The translations under genes and the position numbers were made by a program. From Octopus vulgaris (taxonomy: Eukaryota): a stretch of DNA of 64,000 nt. The first letter of the stretch is position 1, and every line of letters begins with the position of its first letter. Shown here piece after piece: positions 1-12,344 of this stretch. The notes under the pieces are model-generated. The model did no database searches and was not told the DNA's origin. It worked only from the letters and a program-made list of their open reading frames with translations. Location of the stretch: NCBI GenBank assembly GCA_951406725.2, contig OX597826.1:53754001-53818000 (forward strand), given 5' to 3'.

Positions 1-234
1 TTAATCGACCCCGAAAGGATGAAAGGCAAAGTCGACCTCGGCAGAATTTGAACTCAGAACGTAGCGGCAGACGAAATACGGCTACATATTTCGCCCGGCA
101 TGCTAACGTTTCTGCCGGCTCACCGCCTTAAATAAGTACCAGTTACACACTGGGTTTGATGTAATTGACTTGATCCCTTTGTCTGTCTTTATTTGTCCCC
201 TCTATTTTTAGCCCCCTGTAGGCAATAAACAAAT
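1..234. mobile_element. SINE family A (tRNA-derived); head on minus strand (1-129) joined to tail on plus strand (130-234)
   Basis: 1-129 is the reverse complement of the head seen at 28597 and 57018 (B-box GAGTTCAAATTC, central GCCTTTCATCCTTTCGGGGTCGAT). 130-234 matches the same family's tail (AAGTACCAGTTAC...TTTGTCCCCTCT...AATAAA) in plus orientation. Confidence 0.8.
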
Positions 235-482
235 AATTATGTAGTGTCTGCACAGTTGCTATTTATGTGATGCTGGCACTGATAATTTTTACATGGTGCC
301 ACTATGGGTGCTCTTTTACATGGTGCCATCATGGGTGCTTGTTATGTGGCACCAGTATACCAAATGGCCTGTGATACAAAAGATATCTCAGCTGAGAGAC
401 GGAGAGGAACTGAGAGATGTGGTCACAATTCCTCCCCCTCTCTATTTTGTCTATTTTGGAAATATAAACTAAAGTTATGTAA

Positions 483-810
483 CTGCGTGGAACCTTGGGC
501 AAGTGTCTTTTACTATAGCCTTGGGCCGACCAAAGCCATGTGAGTGGATTTGGTAGACGGAAACTAGAAAGAAGCCCGTCGTATATATGTACATATACAT
601 ATATATATATATATATATTTTTTTTTATTATATAGAAGGAGCTTCTACAGGACTAGAACTGTTTCATTCAAGAGAAAGCTTCCTGAAGATTTCTCTTGAA
701 TGAAACAGTTCTAGTCCTGTAGAAGCTCCTTCTATATAATAAATTAATTTTACTCTGCTATGTATTGAGTACCTTATTTACTGTGGTTAACCCCGAATCA
801 ACCCGGGACC

Positions 811-848
<38 letters not shown>

Positions 849-1065
849 TGTGTGTATATGTTTGTTTGTCTGTATTTGTCCCCCCAATATAGCTTGACAA
901 CCGATGCTGGTGTGTTTACGTCCCCGTAACTTAGCGGTTCGGCAAAAGAGAATGATAAAATAAGTACTAGGCTTACAAAGAATAAGTCCTGGGGTCGATT
1001 TGCTTGACTAAAGGTGGTGCTCCGGCATGGCCACAGTCAAATGACTGAAACAAGTAAAAGAGTAA
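483..1065 (+). mobile_element. SINE family B (CORE-like box, internal TA/TG microsatellite), 5'-truncated and interrupted by a hairpin element
   Basis: ACCTTGGGCAAGTGTCTT...GGATTTGGTAGACGGAAAC-[microsatellite]-TTTGTCCCCC...AATGACTGAAACAAGTAAAAGAG; more than 12 homologous copies in the window. Confidence 0.85.
624..743. repeat. Perfect 54-bp inverted repeat with 12-nt loop; probable Penelope-like pLTR remnant
   Basis: 624-677 is the exact reverse complement of 690-743. Loop plus right arm read CTGAAGA...GAAAC...GTC. Flanked by (TA)n. Confidence 0.85.
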
Positions 1066-1713
1066 CTAAGTAGAACAAAAGTTGCTAACATTTATACTAA
1101 AATATCTCTACTTTTGTTTCATGCAGACGAATTTAATGCTATGTTGTTCCACTTATATTTATTAAGTGTAGATTAGGGGCAACAGACACTCATGTAAACT
1201 AAACTACATTTGTTGGACACACATACACACAAAATCCTATAGGTTGGGTAACAGCAGAACAATTTCCTATATACAAAAGTTCTCTGAGGAGTAAACATAT
1301 TTTCAATCATACCATGTGATGAAATATCAAACCAGATGTGAAGAAACTAAATTGCTCAGCTATCTGATAAATGCATCTGAAAGCAAATATTCTTTGGTTT
1401 TTAGTTCCAAAGGAAACACTTGCACTGCTTCAAGAACACAGACAAAAAAACAGAAAAATAATAAATCCAAGAACATGACCAAAGGCTTCCATAAAATACT
1501 TGAAATCAATAGCACAGTATTAGAACAGATATGAAAAAATTGGAAATCCGAGAAAACTGGAGGCAGTTCATATCAGCCGAAGTAATCCCTTAAATAAAAG
1601 AATCCAATGTTTCCAGTATTTGCTTTTATTTTGTTAGAGAGAGAATACACAAACATGTGTGTGCTTGTGTGTAGATATATGTGTGTGCGTGAGTGTGTGT
1701 GTGTGTGTGCATA

Positions 1714-1866
1714 TGAAGGCGTGTGGTTTAATGGTCAGGAGCATTCGGCTCATGATCGTAAGGTCGTGAGTTCAATTCCTCAGCCACTTGCACATAAATT
1801 TCACAAGCAAGCTGTTCTGTTGATCGTATCAGCTGGGAGCCTCGTCGCCATAACCAACAGAGTGCT

Positions 1867-1868
<2 letters not shown>
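1714..1868 (+). mobile_element. SINE family E, internally deleted copy
   Basis: tRNA-like head (TGGTTTAATGG...GAGTTCAATTCC) fused directly to the family E 3' part (CTCAGCCACTTGCAC...); compare the full copy at 52622. Confidence 0.7.
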
Positions 1869-1923
<55 letters not shown>

Positions 1924-2005
1924 ATATATACATACATATATATATATACATATACATATATATATATATACATACATATATATATATACATATATATATA
2001 TATAC

Positions 2006-2060
<55 letters not shown>

Positions 2061-2100
2061 AAATTTACACATATATTTTTAATATATTTATTTATTTATA
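1869..2100. repeat. (TA)n/(TACA)n compound microsatellite
   Basis: Direct inspection. Similar tracts near 5815, 9440, 17245, 44790-45010, 48900, 53820-54000, 55450 and 58510. Confidence 0.95.
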
Positions 2101-2259
2101 GATTTTTAAAAAAAATCTATGTATTTATATATTTTTATTCTATCATGTACAGTTGTCATTTATATTGATCTCTAATCGGAGTCATGTTTGCGGATTGAAT
2201 TACCAGGTCCTTTGTTTCTTCTCATCACATATTTATATACATATACATAAAGATATATA

Positions 2260-2890
2260 TTGGGTCATCCCATAAATAATATAGTTTTTTTAATTGCATG
2301 AACTAAAAGTCAGAGGGGAATGGGATAACCTAACTGCATCAACTTGCTATACAAGCAGGTAGTAATTTTACCTTGTTCTTATTCTTAGTGCAGTTTGATT
2401 TTAACAGTTATTTTTTGAAAACTATAATGGAAATGACAAAGGACCATATTTGGTATACTTTCTTTTATGAGTTTAATAAAGGCAACAATGCAAGGAATAT
2501 TAATGCAGTATATGGGGATTGGACAATAAGCGTAAGCCAGTATCAATGGTGGTTCCAGAAGTTCTGAGCTGGAAACTACAGCCTAGAAGAGGAGCCTCAT
2601 TCTAGAAGATCTGTAAAGCTCAATGAGGATGTCCTGCAAAACCTGGTGCAACAAAATCCCATTGTAACTATTCAGGAACTAGCAAAAAAGCTTGGATTTG
2701 GTCATTCAATTAGTTGACACCTGCATGCCATTAGAAAAGTCAACAAATTAGGTGAAAGGGTTTTTCACAAACTTTCTGAGTCTAATTGCATGCAAAGAGT
2801 GAATGTGTGCTCTTCTTTGCTGTCATGTCTCACAAATGAACGTTTTTTGGATTGAATAGTGACTAGAGACAAGAAATGAGTTCTCTATAA
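2260..2890 (+). mobile_element. Mariner transposon relic (left TIR plus N-terminal transposase, 3'-truncated)
   Basis: TA+TTGGGTCATCCCATAA resembles the TIR at 7501. Broken frame reads MEMTKDHIWYTFFYEFNKG...WFQKF*AGNYSLEEEPHSRR...IVTRDKK*VLY (degenerate TGDEKW); stops present. Confidence 0.85.
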
Positions 2891-2894
2891 AAAA

Positions 2895-3076
2895 AGCAGG
2901 ACAAAAATGGCTTTATTGATCGCATTCTCACCTGGAATCGAATTTTGTAATTTTTTCAAGACTTATACATTCCCTGATACCGTCGGTATCTACATATCAA
3001 ATTTGAGCGAAATCGGATTGAGGATGCCCGAGATCCTAGAAGACACACACACAGACAGAACAGATTTTATATAATA
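2895..3076 (+). mobile_element. Helitron/Helentron-type non-autonomous element, 3' part
   Basis: AAATTTGAGCGAAATCGG...GAGATCCTAGA-(CA/GACA)n-ATTTTATATAAT layout typical of HINE/Lep1-like elements; it truncates the mariner. Confidence 0.5.
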
Positions 3077-3659
3077 AATGTGCATGTTTCCAGGAGGCAT
3101 TTCAGATTTCTAGCATCATTTTTATGTCAAATTCATACACATCAACAATACTTCTTGGTTTCATAGATGAAGTGAAAATAATTGTTAAGGAAACATCTTA
3201 TGGAACTAAAAATAACATTTGTACAAACATTAATCTCTTATCAGAACATGAATTTCATTTCTCAATAATTAAAAATAGTAAATATTCATAAAGATACTAA
3301 AAACATTTTCTTTAATTCATGAATCTCATCATTTCATGAATTAAGAAAACAGTAAATATTTATGAGGAATGTAAATAAACATTGTAAAAATAAAGAATAT
3401 TAAGAAGTTAGCAGTGTTTATATGTTGACAGAAATATATTGGGAAATGAATAATGCCTAGAGGACAGAGTTTGTTTTAGGGGTTACTGGTAACTTGGATT
3501 TGATTTTAAATTGCAATTGGTAGAGCAATAATGTTGTCAGTGATAGGTCATTCACAAGTTCATTGTATTTCTGACAATATGAAGAATAAGGGAATACCTG
3601 TAGCTCACCACAGAGGTCCTTGGTCTTGCAAAAGACTTCATTTGAAGACTAGTCTTAAT

Positions 3660-4105
3660 AGAATAATAATAATGAAAGAAATTATTGTATACAGTGCTCA
3701 GGTGCACCACAACTTGTCAAAAGTGCATATAAAGCATATGCAGTAATGTACAAATGTCTGGAAAGTGAACAGTGTATGAGTCAGATACATGCGTGTGTGT
3801 GTATGGAGGGGAGAAAATCAGGTGTAGTGTTGGCGAATCTCAGGAAGCATGGAAATTTTGAAGGATGCAGTGCTCTGACAACTAACAACTGATACCGGCA
3901 GTTTGTTCCACACTTCAGCAACTCTTAGCGTGAAAAAATGTTTCCGAAAGTCATGGGAGCTGTGCTGTTTTCTGACTTTGTAAACATGTCCACAGGTGTT
4001 AGACAGGAGGAGTTTGAAAAGGTGCTCAGAGTTATTGTTTGTAAGATGGTAAATAACTTTATGGGTGTCTACCTAGTCAGCTACCAGTTGTTGGAGTTTC
4101 AATAT
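3660..4105 (-). mobile_element. CR1/L2-type LINE 3' end (ORF2 C-terminus plus 3' UTR and (ATT)n tail)
   Basis: Minus strand translates SNTCGHVYKVRKQHSSHDFRKHFFTLRVAEVWNKLPVSVVSCQSTASFK, matching the CR1 terminal motif TRGH..K...R..FF..RV...WN.LP..VV....FK. Confidence 0.8.
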
Positions 4106-5812
4106 ACCATCATATAACATTTTTCATGATATATACACAAGTGAAACATACAAGCACATACAAATTTACATACATGCAAATACTTGTGCTCACACACACA
4201 TAAGTGCGTGCATATATTTCTCTGATTAAATCATAATCTTCATCATCATCATTATCATCATTCAATGTTTGTTTTCATTGCTGGCATGGGTTAAACGTTT
4301 TGACATGAACTGAGAGTCAGAGGTCTACGATAAACCCCGATGTCTGCTTTGGCATGGTTTCTACTGCTGGATGCTCTTCCTTGAGGTGTTAACAACCATA
4401 ACATTAAAAAATACTGAAGGAAGAAATAACTCAGAGGAAATTCACTCAATGATTCTCCCAAAATAAACACACATGGGACAAACAGTAGTTTTCTTTTTTT
4501 CTTTTTTTGACATGAAACTCTGCCTCAAATGACACTAAGCTTTGTTTTTCACACAGAAGAATGCTTAATTGTAGATATCAACCCCAAACAATAACACCTT
4601 TTGAACTGTAGTAAAGTGTGGTTTGGATTCAGTGAGTTACAATTTTGTGCAGTACAGGACCTAAAGAACAAATAACTGTTTGTATATACTGCATGATTGG
4701 ATATTAAATGTTACACTAAGTACTTAGCCAACTTGTCAGACTCAAATGGCTGAAGGCATACAACCTCTCTATGGCTGAGGGGAGGAATATGTTATGGTCA
4801 GTTAATTTTGTACACAAAACTATATATTGCTGATATTATTGCTCCAATGTTTTAGAGTGAGCTTCTTGTTTGAGTATATGAAATACTGACTACATATAGG
4901 TGTGTGTGTGTGTGAGTATACACATACACACATTTACATTTATATATATGTATGCATGTATACATATACACACACAAAGAAATTTTGATAAACACATGTT
5001 TATATCATTTGTTCCTAAGAAGTTGTATATCTAGATGTACATTCAAGGTACAAGATAGACCACACAAACACACACAGCATACATATAATATAAACATTAT
5101 TCTGCACATGTCTCTAAGCCTCTGAGACCTTATCCAAAATATTACCATACAGCAGAAATAGACATCAAACGCAACACACACACCTGTCATTTACGAACTG
5201 CTTCTTCTCCCCAATTCTCTTATAGATATCTCAAGCATCTCTGTTGCTCTGAATGAGCAAACTCTATGCTTCTTTTGCAATTGAGTCCCTACTGTGTTTT
5301 AGGTATTAGATACTATACTAAACACTTTTCGCAAACCATTCTTCACAAAAGTTGCATCCTTTTCTAATTACGGATATTCACATAGAACATCATTCACACA
5401 TCTCTCAACATTCTGAGAGTGTTTGCAAAACCCATGGCATTACTCACTCCTCATCAGTAACTGACAATACGTAAGTGATTGTATATAATTCCTAAATGTT
5501 TTAAATGAACATAGACCAACTACTTTTATGATTCCAAGTTTTGCTGTATTGAGGAGCTCAAATCAGAGTGAAATAACGTTATCTACAGCTACTAGGAGAT
5601 GCAAAATGAGATAAAAGAAAAATGAATTATATGGAAATATTATTTCATATGTTCTCTCACTCATAAGAAAATGACTTCTCATAATAATCATAATAATAAG
5701 GCAAAAAAAAATTATAAACCCTCCCTTTTATTTCTTAGAAATAAGTGGAAATTTTACTGGTGAGTGTGTTAAATAAGGCACTAAAAGAGAATGACTCTCC
5801 CCAGACACAACA

Positions 5813-5849
<37 letters not shown>

Positions 5850-5974
5850 ACTATTGTTACATATATATATGTAGTGGTTATTTTAATTAAATTTAATTTA
5901 TATAAATTATTTTATGTATTGGCTTAAGTCTTTCTTTGTTTGATTTGCATAATAGTGGTTTTGTCTCTAATTTA

Positions 5975-6096
<122 letters not shown>

Positions 6097-6133
6097 CGAT
6101 CCAGTTTGAGATAAAAATCATTTAATATATATG

Positions 6134-6349
6134 GTATTTAAATATAAGCTACAAATAGTTACATACTGTGAAAACAAAATAATTTGGCAGATTTAAATAA
6201 TGTACCTTGTGCCTCCAAGCATTCTTTTAGTCTCTATGCATGTATTGATCATGAAGGACTTTTTGGAGACACAAGGCAGGTTATATAAATCTGCAAAATC
6301 ATTGTGTTTCCACAGCATGAAACTATTAGTAGCTCATATTTAAATACTG
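6134..6349. repeat. Imperfect inverted repeat, about 85-bp arms
   Basis: GGTATTTAAATATAAGCTAC...CTTGTGCCTCCAA versus TTGGAGACACAAGG...GTAGCTCATATTTAAATACTG. Confidence 0.75.
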
Positions 6350-6517
6350 CCTATATAATCTACACACACATACAAACACACACATAAACACACACATTTA
6401 TTTGTACATAAAGTGGAAAATTTGATGCAAGTCACTGGGGTTAAAATTGGAGGGAAGTATTACAGGCAACTATGGAAAGAAAGTGTTGGAAGGTGCTAAT
6501 GTGTGTGCGTGTATTAA

Positions 6518-6739
6518 CCCTTTCACTACTGTATTTATTTTGAGATGCTCTGTGTTTCTTTCAATTAATTTTAAATATAACAAAGAATTTAGTAAAACAA
6601 CTTAGTTATCATTAAGCTAGTGTTAGGAACATAAATTTTGACTAAGGTTTGGTGGAAGAATTTAATTCAAAATTTATGAAAACAAGACATTTGTACTACA
6701 GAGCCAGAGCCGGTTTTGGGCGGGTTAGTAACAAAAGGG
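6518..6739. mobile_element. piggyBac-type MITE
   Basis: TTAA|CCCTTT...AAAGGG|TTAA: TTAA target duplication, CCC/GGG ends, about 13-bp imperfect TIR. Confidence 0.85.
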
Positions 6740-6801
6740 TTAATATATCTTTGAGAAAAAATGTGAAGATTACATTATACTGAAGTAAAAGTTATATATG
6801 C

Positions 6802-6832
<31 letters not shown>

Positions 6833-6887
6833 TATATATATACACATACACACGTATATATATATATATATATATAAATATATAAAT

Positions 6888-6919
<32 letters not shown>

Positions 6920-6920
<1 letters not shown>

Positions 6921-7084
6921 CGATGGGCTTCTTTCAGTTTCTGTCTACCATATCCACTTACAAGGCTTTTCTTGGCCTGAGGCTGTAGTAGAAGACATTT
7001 GCCCAAAGTGCCACGCAGTGGGACTGGACTCAGAACCATGTGGTTGGGAAGTAAGCTTCTTACCACACAGCCACCTCTGCGCTT
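6920..7084 (-). mobile_element. SINE family B, 5' half
   Basis: Reverse complement of the head TGGCTGTGTGGTAAGAAGCTT...GAGTCCAGTCCCACTGCGTGGCAC. Confidence 0.85.
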
Positions 7085-7093
7085 ATATTTACA

Positions 7094-7125
<32 letters not shown>

Positions 7126-7273
7126 CATAACCATGTATATATATGTATGCATGTATGTATGTGTGTGTATATATATATATATATGGGGAGAATTCACAAA
7201 AAAACAAAAGACAAAAACAGGTGGTTTAGACAACAAACAGATGTATTAGTATAACACTCGCGAAGTGAAAATG

Positions 7274-7311
7274 TCTTTAACGTTTCGAGCCTACGCTCTT
7301 CCACAGAAAGA
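7274..7311 (-). ncRNA. Minimal type-I hammerhead-like motif (variant core) within a Penelope-like fragment (about 7185-7365)
   Basis: Minus strand: TCTTT-CTGTGGA-A-GAGC gtag GCTC-GAAA-CG-T-T-AAAGA. Stem I TCTTT/AAAGA, stem II GAGC/GCTC, palindromic stem III ACGT; core A6 replaced by U. Confidence 0.5.
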
Positions 7312-7411
7312 AACACAGAAAGAAACAAGGAGAGAAAATAAAGAATGTGTAGTGGCTAGCGATCTTGAGTGTGTATTATACATACACATAGCTACATACA
7401 AACACATGTAT

Positions 7412-7469
<58 letters not shown>

Positions 7470-7500
7470 ATAAGTGTGGATACACACACACACACACACA

Positions 7501-8759
7501 TTAGGTCATCCCATAAGTTCTGTCCGACTTTACTTTTTTTTAAAATTGAATTAAATTTAATAGTATTTTAGAATGTCTAATTGAATTAAAAACTATTTTT
7601 ATGCATTTGTGTACATTTAAACTAATTGAATATTATTTTACAGAATAATAGAATTAAAATTTCTTTGAGTAAAACCCTTTCTAACATGGAAGTGTCCAAA
7701 GAGCATTTAAGGCACATAATGCTTTATGAGTACAAAAAAGGAAACTCTGCAGCCAAAGCGACTCGAAAGATACACTTAGTTTATGGGAAAGAATGCTTGA
7801 ATGAAAGAACTTGCAGAAGATGGTTTGCAAACTTCAGAAGTGGAGATTTCAGCCTTGAAGATGTAGATTGAACAGGATGTCCAGTTGAGTTTGATGATAA
7901 GCTCCTTGAGGCATTACTTGAAGAAAATCCTGCATTATCAGTTGAAGAATTGGCAATAAAGCTTAGTTCAAACCATACAACTGTTCATTGTCATCTTCAA
8001 CAACTTGGAAAGGTTCCTAAACTTGGAAAATGGGAGCCTCAGGAATTGTCCAAAAGTAACAGCAAATCCCGAGTTGATATCTGCTCTTCTCTCCATTCTC
8101 GCAAACTCATTTCACCCTTTTAGGGTAGACTTTTGACTGGTGATGAAAAATGGATCTTCTATCGAAATGTAAATGTCATAAACAGTAGCTTGGTAAAAGG
8201 GAAAAAGCTCAACCACAACCAAGAAGGGAACTTCATGGGGAAAAGGTTCTTCTCTCCATCTGGTGGGATTGCAAAGAAGTAATTCACTTTGAATTGTTAC
8301 CACCTAATGCGACAATCAATGCTCAACTCTACTGTCAGCAATTAGAGTGTTTGAACCAAGCTTTGAAGGACTGATGTTTCATCAGGACAATGCGCGACCC
8401 CACACTGCTAAGATCACATCACAGAAGATCGAAGAGCTTGGTTGGGAAAAAATTCCTCATCCACCTTATTCTCCGGACCTTGCTCCTTCAGACTACCATT
8501 TGTTTCATAGTTTACAGAATCATTTGGGGGTCACATAACTTTCACAAGCCAGGAGGAGGTTGAAACTGACATTTCAGAGTTCTTTGCTTTGAAACCAAAA
8601 GAGTTTTACATTGATGGGGTTAGAAAGCTTGTAAATAGATGGAAGGAAGTCACAGATAATCAGGGAAAGTACATTGATGATTAAATTTCAATTAAATATA
8701 ACATTTGATCACTTGTTTTCTTTATTCAAAACTCGGACAGAACTTATGAGATGACCTGA
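7501..8759 (+). mobile_element. Near full-length mariner (DD34D) transposon, inactivated
   Basis: 27-bp TIRs TTAGGTCATCCCATAAGTTCTGTCCGA / TCGGACAGAACTTATGAGATGACCTGA followed by TA; about 1.26 kb. Confidence 0.95.
7686..8684 (+). pseudogene. Mariner transposase pseudogene
   Basis: MEVSKEHLRHIMLYEYKKG (HTH)...GKWEPQEL...LLTGDEKWIFY...FHQDNARPH...HPPYSPDLAPSDYHLF; in-frame stops (e.g. 7869) and frameshifts. Confidence 0.92.
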
Positions 8760-9234
8760 TACATATATGTGTTTATTGCACCCAAAGGTAAACAAGGATA
8801 ATATTTTCAAACTATTGTTCTATTCAATCGGCTTTCAGGTTGGCTACACATCAGCAGAAGTTCACTCAAGTGTTTAGTTGACCGATAGCTTGATTCAATA
8901 GCACTATGGCTAGAAAATATATAATCCCTATTTATGTTTCACTTCGATAAAGATATATCATGAAATATATATGTCATAGTTTTCACACTATGTAACAAAA
9001 CGGTATTGAATACTTATATGATTTTGTACCACGCAACAAACCAAAACCACATACATACATACATAAATACATGCACACATACACACACACATGTGCACAC
9101 ATACATATACACACAAATACATATATACCTAAATATATATATTACATGTATACACCATATAAATATATGTATATATGTATGCCTGTATATATATAAATAA
9201 ATATATTGTTCAAAACAGTTTAATTCAGATTCTG

Positions 9235-9280
9235 TGCTACTTCAAGTTTCAAATCCCCTAATGGAGCCTCTTGTTAGGCA
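9235..9280 (-). ncRNA. Decayed hammerhead-like motif
   Basis: Minus strand: TGC-CTAACAA-GAGGCTCC atta GGGGATTT-GAAA-CTTGAAG-TA-GCA. Core differs from CTGACGA at two positions; lies between TA-rich tracts. Confidence 0.35.
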
Positions 9281-9439
9281 GGCGAGAATTATATATGTAT
9301 ACATATATATTTACATACGCACATACACACACGTGCACACAAACATTAAATATTATATATATATATATATACATACGTATATATACTATATATTGTACAC
9401 ATACACAAACGCATATTTGTATACATAAATGCACATCTA

Positions 9440-9488
<49 letters not shown>

Positions 9489-9710
9489 CATACACATACA
9501 TGTATGTATGATAGCTTAATGGAAGCAACAAAACTAAATGATTTCCTTTCAAGCATGCAACTCCAACTCACACACACACACACATGTACATGCATACATG
9601 CACGTGAAAGCAAATCATTTTGACCTGTCACTTCCTTAAGGTGCATTGTACTTTTTCATCACAGAAATTAAATGCTTATGTACAGAAAAACATATATCTA
9701 TATATCTATA

Positions 9711-9759
<49 letters not shown>

Positions 9760-9976
9760 ACACACACACGCACATACACACATGTGAACGCAATATGTTC
9801 TTACTTGATTTTCAATCAGTTGTAATGTCCCTTTCTGTTCCTCTCCTATGTAATCACAAACTGCCTGCAAAGAGAAGACAGAAATAGTTCATATTTCAAA
9901 ATAATGTTTCATTTATATTGTACAACAACAACAGATATTCTGTACATACATACATACATACAAACATACATACATG

Positions 9977-10021
<45 letters not shown>

Positions 10022-10945
10022 AGACACACACACGCATATATACATATATGTAAATCTGTGTGTATGTGTGTGTTTGTGCATGTGTGCATATGCATGTATA
10101 TATACACATACACACACACATGTGTCTGGGTCCTAAGGCATATATATTTACATATACATAGAGGTGGTGGTGTGAGTGTGTGAATGAAGGGGAACATATG
10201 ATGGGAAAAATAATTATGTACATGGTGAATGGGAGGTAGTATGTATGTGTGTATGTGTTGCGTATATGTATGTATGTATGAAATATAAGACTAGGTGAGT
10301 GTTTTATGTGTGAATAGATTAGATTGAGTGTATGTGTCTATAGTTATATGTATGTGCAAGAGAGGATACGTATGTAAATAAATATATTTGAATGTGGTTT
10401 GAGAAAGCTTGTGAATATCTGTGGACATTTGTATGTATATGTTTGAAAGCGTATGTAGAAGATATGTAGTTGGATGTATGTGTTTGAAAGAACAATGGAA
10501 TATCAGAGATGATGTATGTGTAAATTGTAAATATTTATATATTAGCGGATATATTTGCATGTGAGTGTGTGCATATAAATGAAGTTATGTATGTTTAAGG
10601 TTTAAGATAGTTGCAGTTATGTATAAATCATTCTTGTGTACACACACATACACACATGCGTTTGTGAGCACGCACACAGACACACACACACAAGTACACA
10701 TAGACACACATACACATACACAAAGACATATACATACGCACTGACACAGATATACACACTCACACATGTGTGATGCTTTACGTCAATGAAATCTTCCTTG
10801 TATGTTTGCATAAGTATAAAGGGGAAAGGTCTGTGAATAGGAGAGTAAGTAAATGAAAGAAAGAGAGAGGGGCGAAAGAGAAAGAGAGAAGGTGAGAGGA
10901 GTACAGATAGATAGATAGATAGATATATAGATAGATAGAGATAGG

Positions 10946-11002
<57 letters not shown>

Positions 11003-11504
11003 CCTGTATATCGTCTTGCAATTTGATCCTACCTAGATCTGTAAAGGGGAAATTATCTCTTTGATTGTCAATTATTCATCTATGCATTTCCTGTCTTTCC
11101 CCAGTTGGTAGAGCTGTGATGTCATATTACAGCATTGCTGGCAAATATAATGGAAGGTCACTGTTACATCTCTCAAGATAGCACAGTTTCAGCACAGCAC
11201 AGCGCAACACAGCACAGCACAACACAGCTCATAGTTTTGATACAGCGTCGATGGTTTTTAACTCTACTGTCACTACAGAGGTCATTTAATGAAATGAAGC
11301 AACTGAAGATGGTCAGAGGTGGTCCTATTAACATTGAAGTTATTGTAAATATTGAGTTTATTTTACTGATATTATTGATTTTTTTTCTAACAGATTACAG
11401 ATTTATAAAGGAGGGAAATGGAGCACGGAAACATCATATATTTGGAAAGACTGAAATGGAATGGTTTGAAACAGCAATTAAAATTAGATGGAGACAACTT
11501 AATA

Positions 11505-11872
11505 CTCTTACTTGTTTCAGTTATTTGACTGCGGCCATGCTGGAGCACCGCCTTTAGTCGAGCAAATCGACCCCGGGACTTATTCTTTGTAAGCCCAGTA
11601 CTTATTTTATCGGTCTCTTTTGCCGAACCGCTAAGTGATGAGGACGTAAACACACCAGCATCGGTTGTCAAGCAATGCTAGGGGGACAAACACACACACA
11701 CATATATACGACAGGCTTCTTTCAGTTTCCGTCTACCAAATCCACTCACAAGGCATTGGTCGGCCCGGGGCTATAGCAGAAGACACTTGCCCAAGATGCC
11801 ACGCAGTGGGACTGAACCCAGAACCATGTGGTTGGTTAGCAAGCTACTTACCACACAGCCATTCCTGCGCCT
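11505..11872 (-). mobile_element. SINE family B, full length, low divergence
   Basis: Near-identical to the copy at 46928-47325. Confidence 0.9.
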
Positions 11873-11934
11873 AATGGTACTTTTCTTCTTTTTTTCTTGT
11901 GATTTAGTAATTTTATTTGAAACATATAGGTGCC

Positions 11935-12274
11935 AGGGCCGCCTGATTGGCTCCCGCGCCAGTGGCACGTAAAAAGCATCATCTGAATGTGGCCGTTGCC
12001 AATACCCCCTGACTACCTCTTGTGCTGGTGGCGCGTAAAAAGCAATGTCTGAATGTGACCGATGCCAAGCCCGCCTAACTGGCTCCTGTACTGGTGGCAC
12101 ATAAAATGCACCCACTACAATCTTTGAGTGGTTGGCGTTAGGAAGGGCATCCAGCTGTAGAAACATTGCCAGATCAGATTGGAGCCCGGTGTAGGTGCTG
12201 GCTTTCCAGACCTAAGTCAAATCGTCCAACCCATGCCATCATGGAAAACGGATGTTAAACAATGATAATGATGA
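11935..12274 (+). mobile_element. Family C retroposon (RTE-like 3' tail ending in (GAT)n, internal tandem units)
   Basis: Repeated GGCACGTAAAAAGCA units, then GTGGTTGGCGTTAGGAAGGGCATCCAGCTGTAGAAAC...CCAACCCATGC...GATGTTAAAC(GAT)n. Confidence 0.8.
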
Positions 12275-12344
12275 CATAAATGTAACATTAGTTCAAAGCT
12301 GGTGATTTGCTCCAGGCCAAGTTGCTGCTTCTCTGCATTGTGAG

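Noticed and set aside
1607-2101. Many ORFs rich in YI, HT or CV dipeptides or poly-I (also at 9-10 kb, 26 kb, 44.8 kb and 53.8 kb)
   Set aside because: Stop-free translations of (TA)n, (CA)n, (TG)n and (AAT)n microsatellites.
2170-2230. Minus-strand GTGATGA...GCAAACATG between TA tracts
   Set aside because: Stems cannot be assigned convincingly.
5755-5805. Possible hammerhead CTGGTGA-GTGT...GCAC-TAAAA-GAG...CTC-TC
   Set aside because: Two core changes plus an extra base and no pairing stem I; not counted.
11665-11874. Recurrent peptide [11 protein letters not shown]...EDTCPRCHAVGLNPEPCGW in several ORFs
   Set aside because: Antisense translation of SINE family B, not a gene family.
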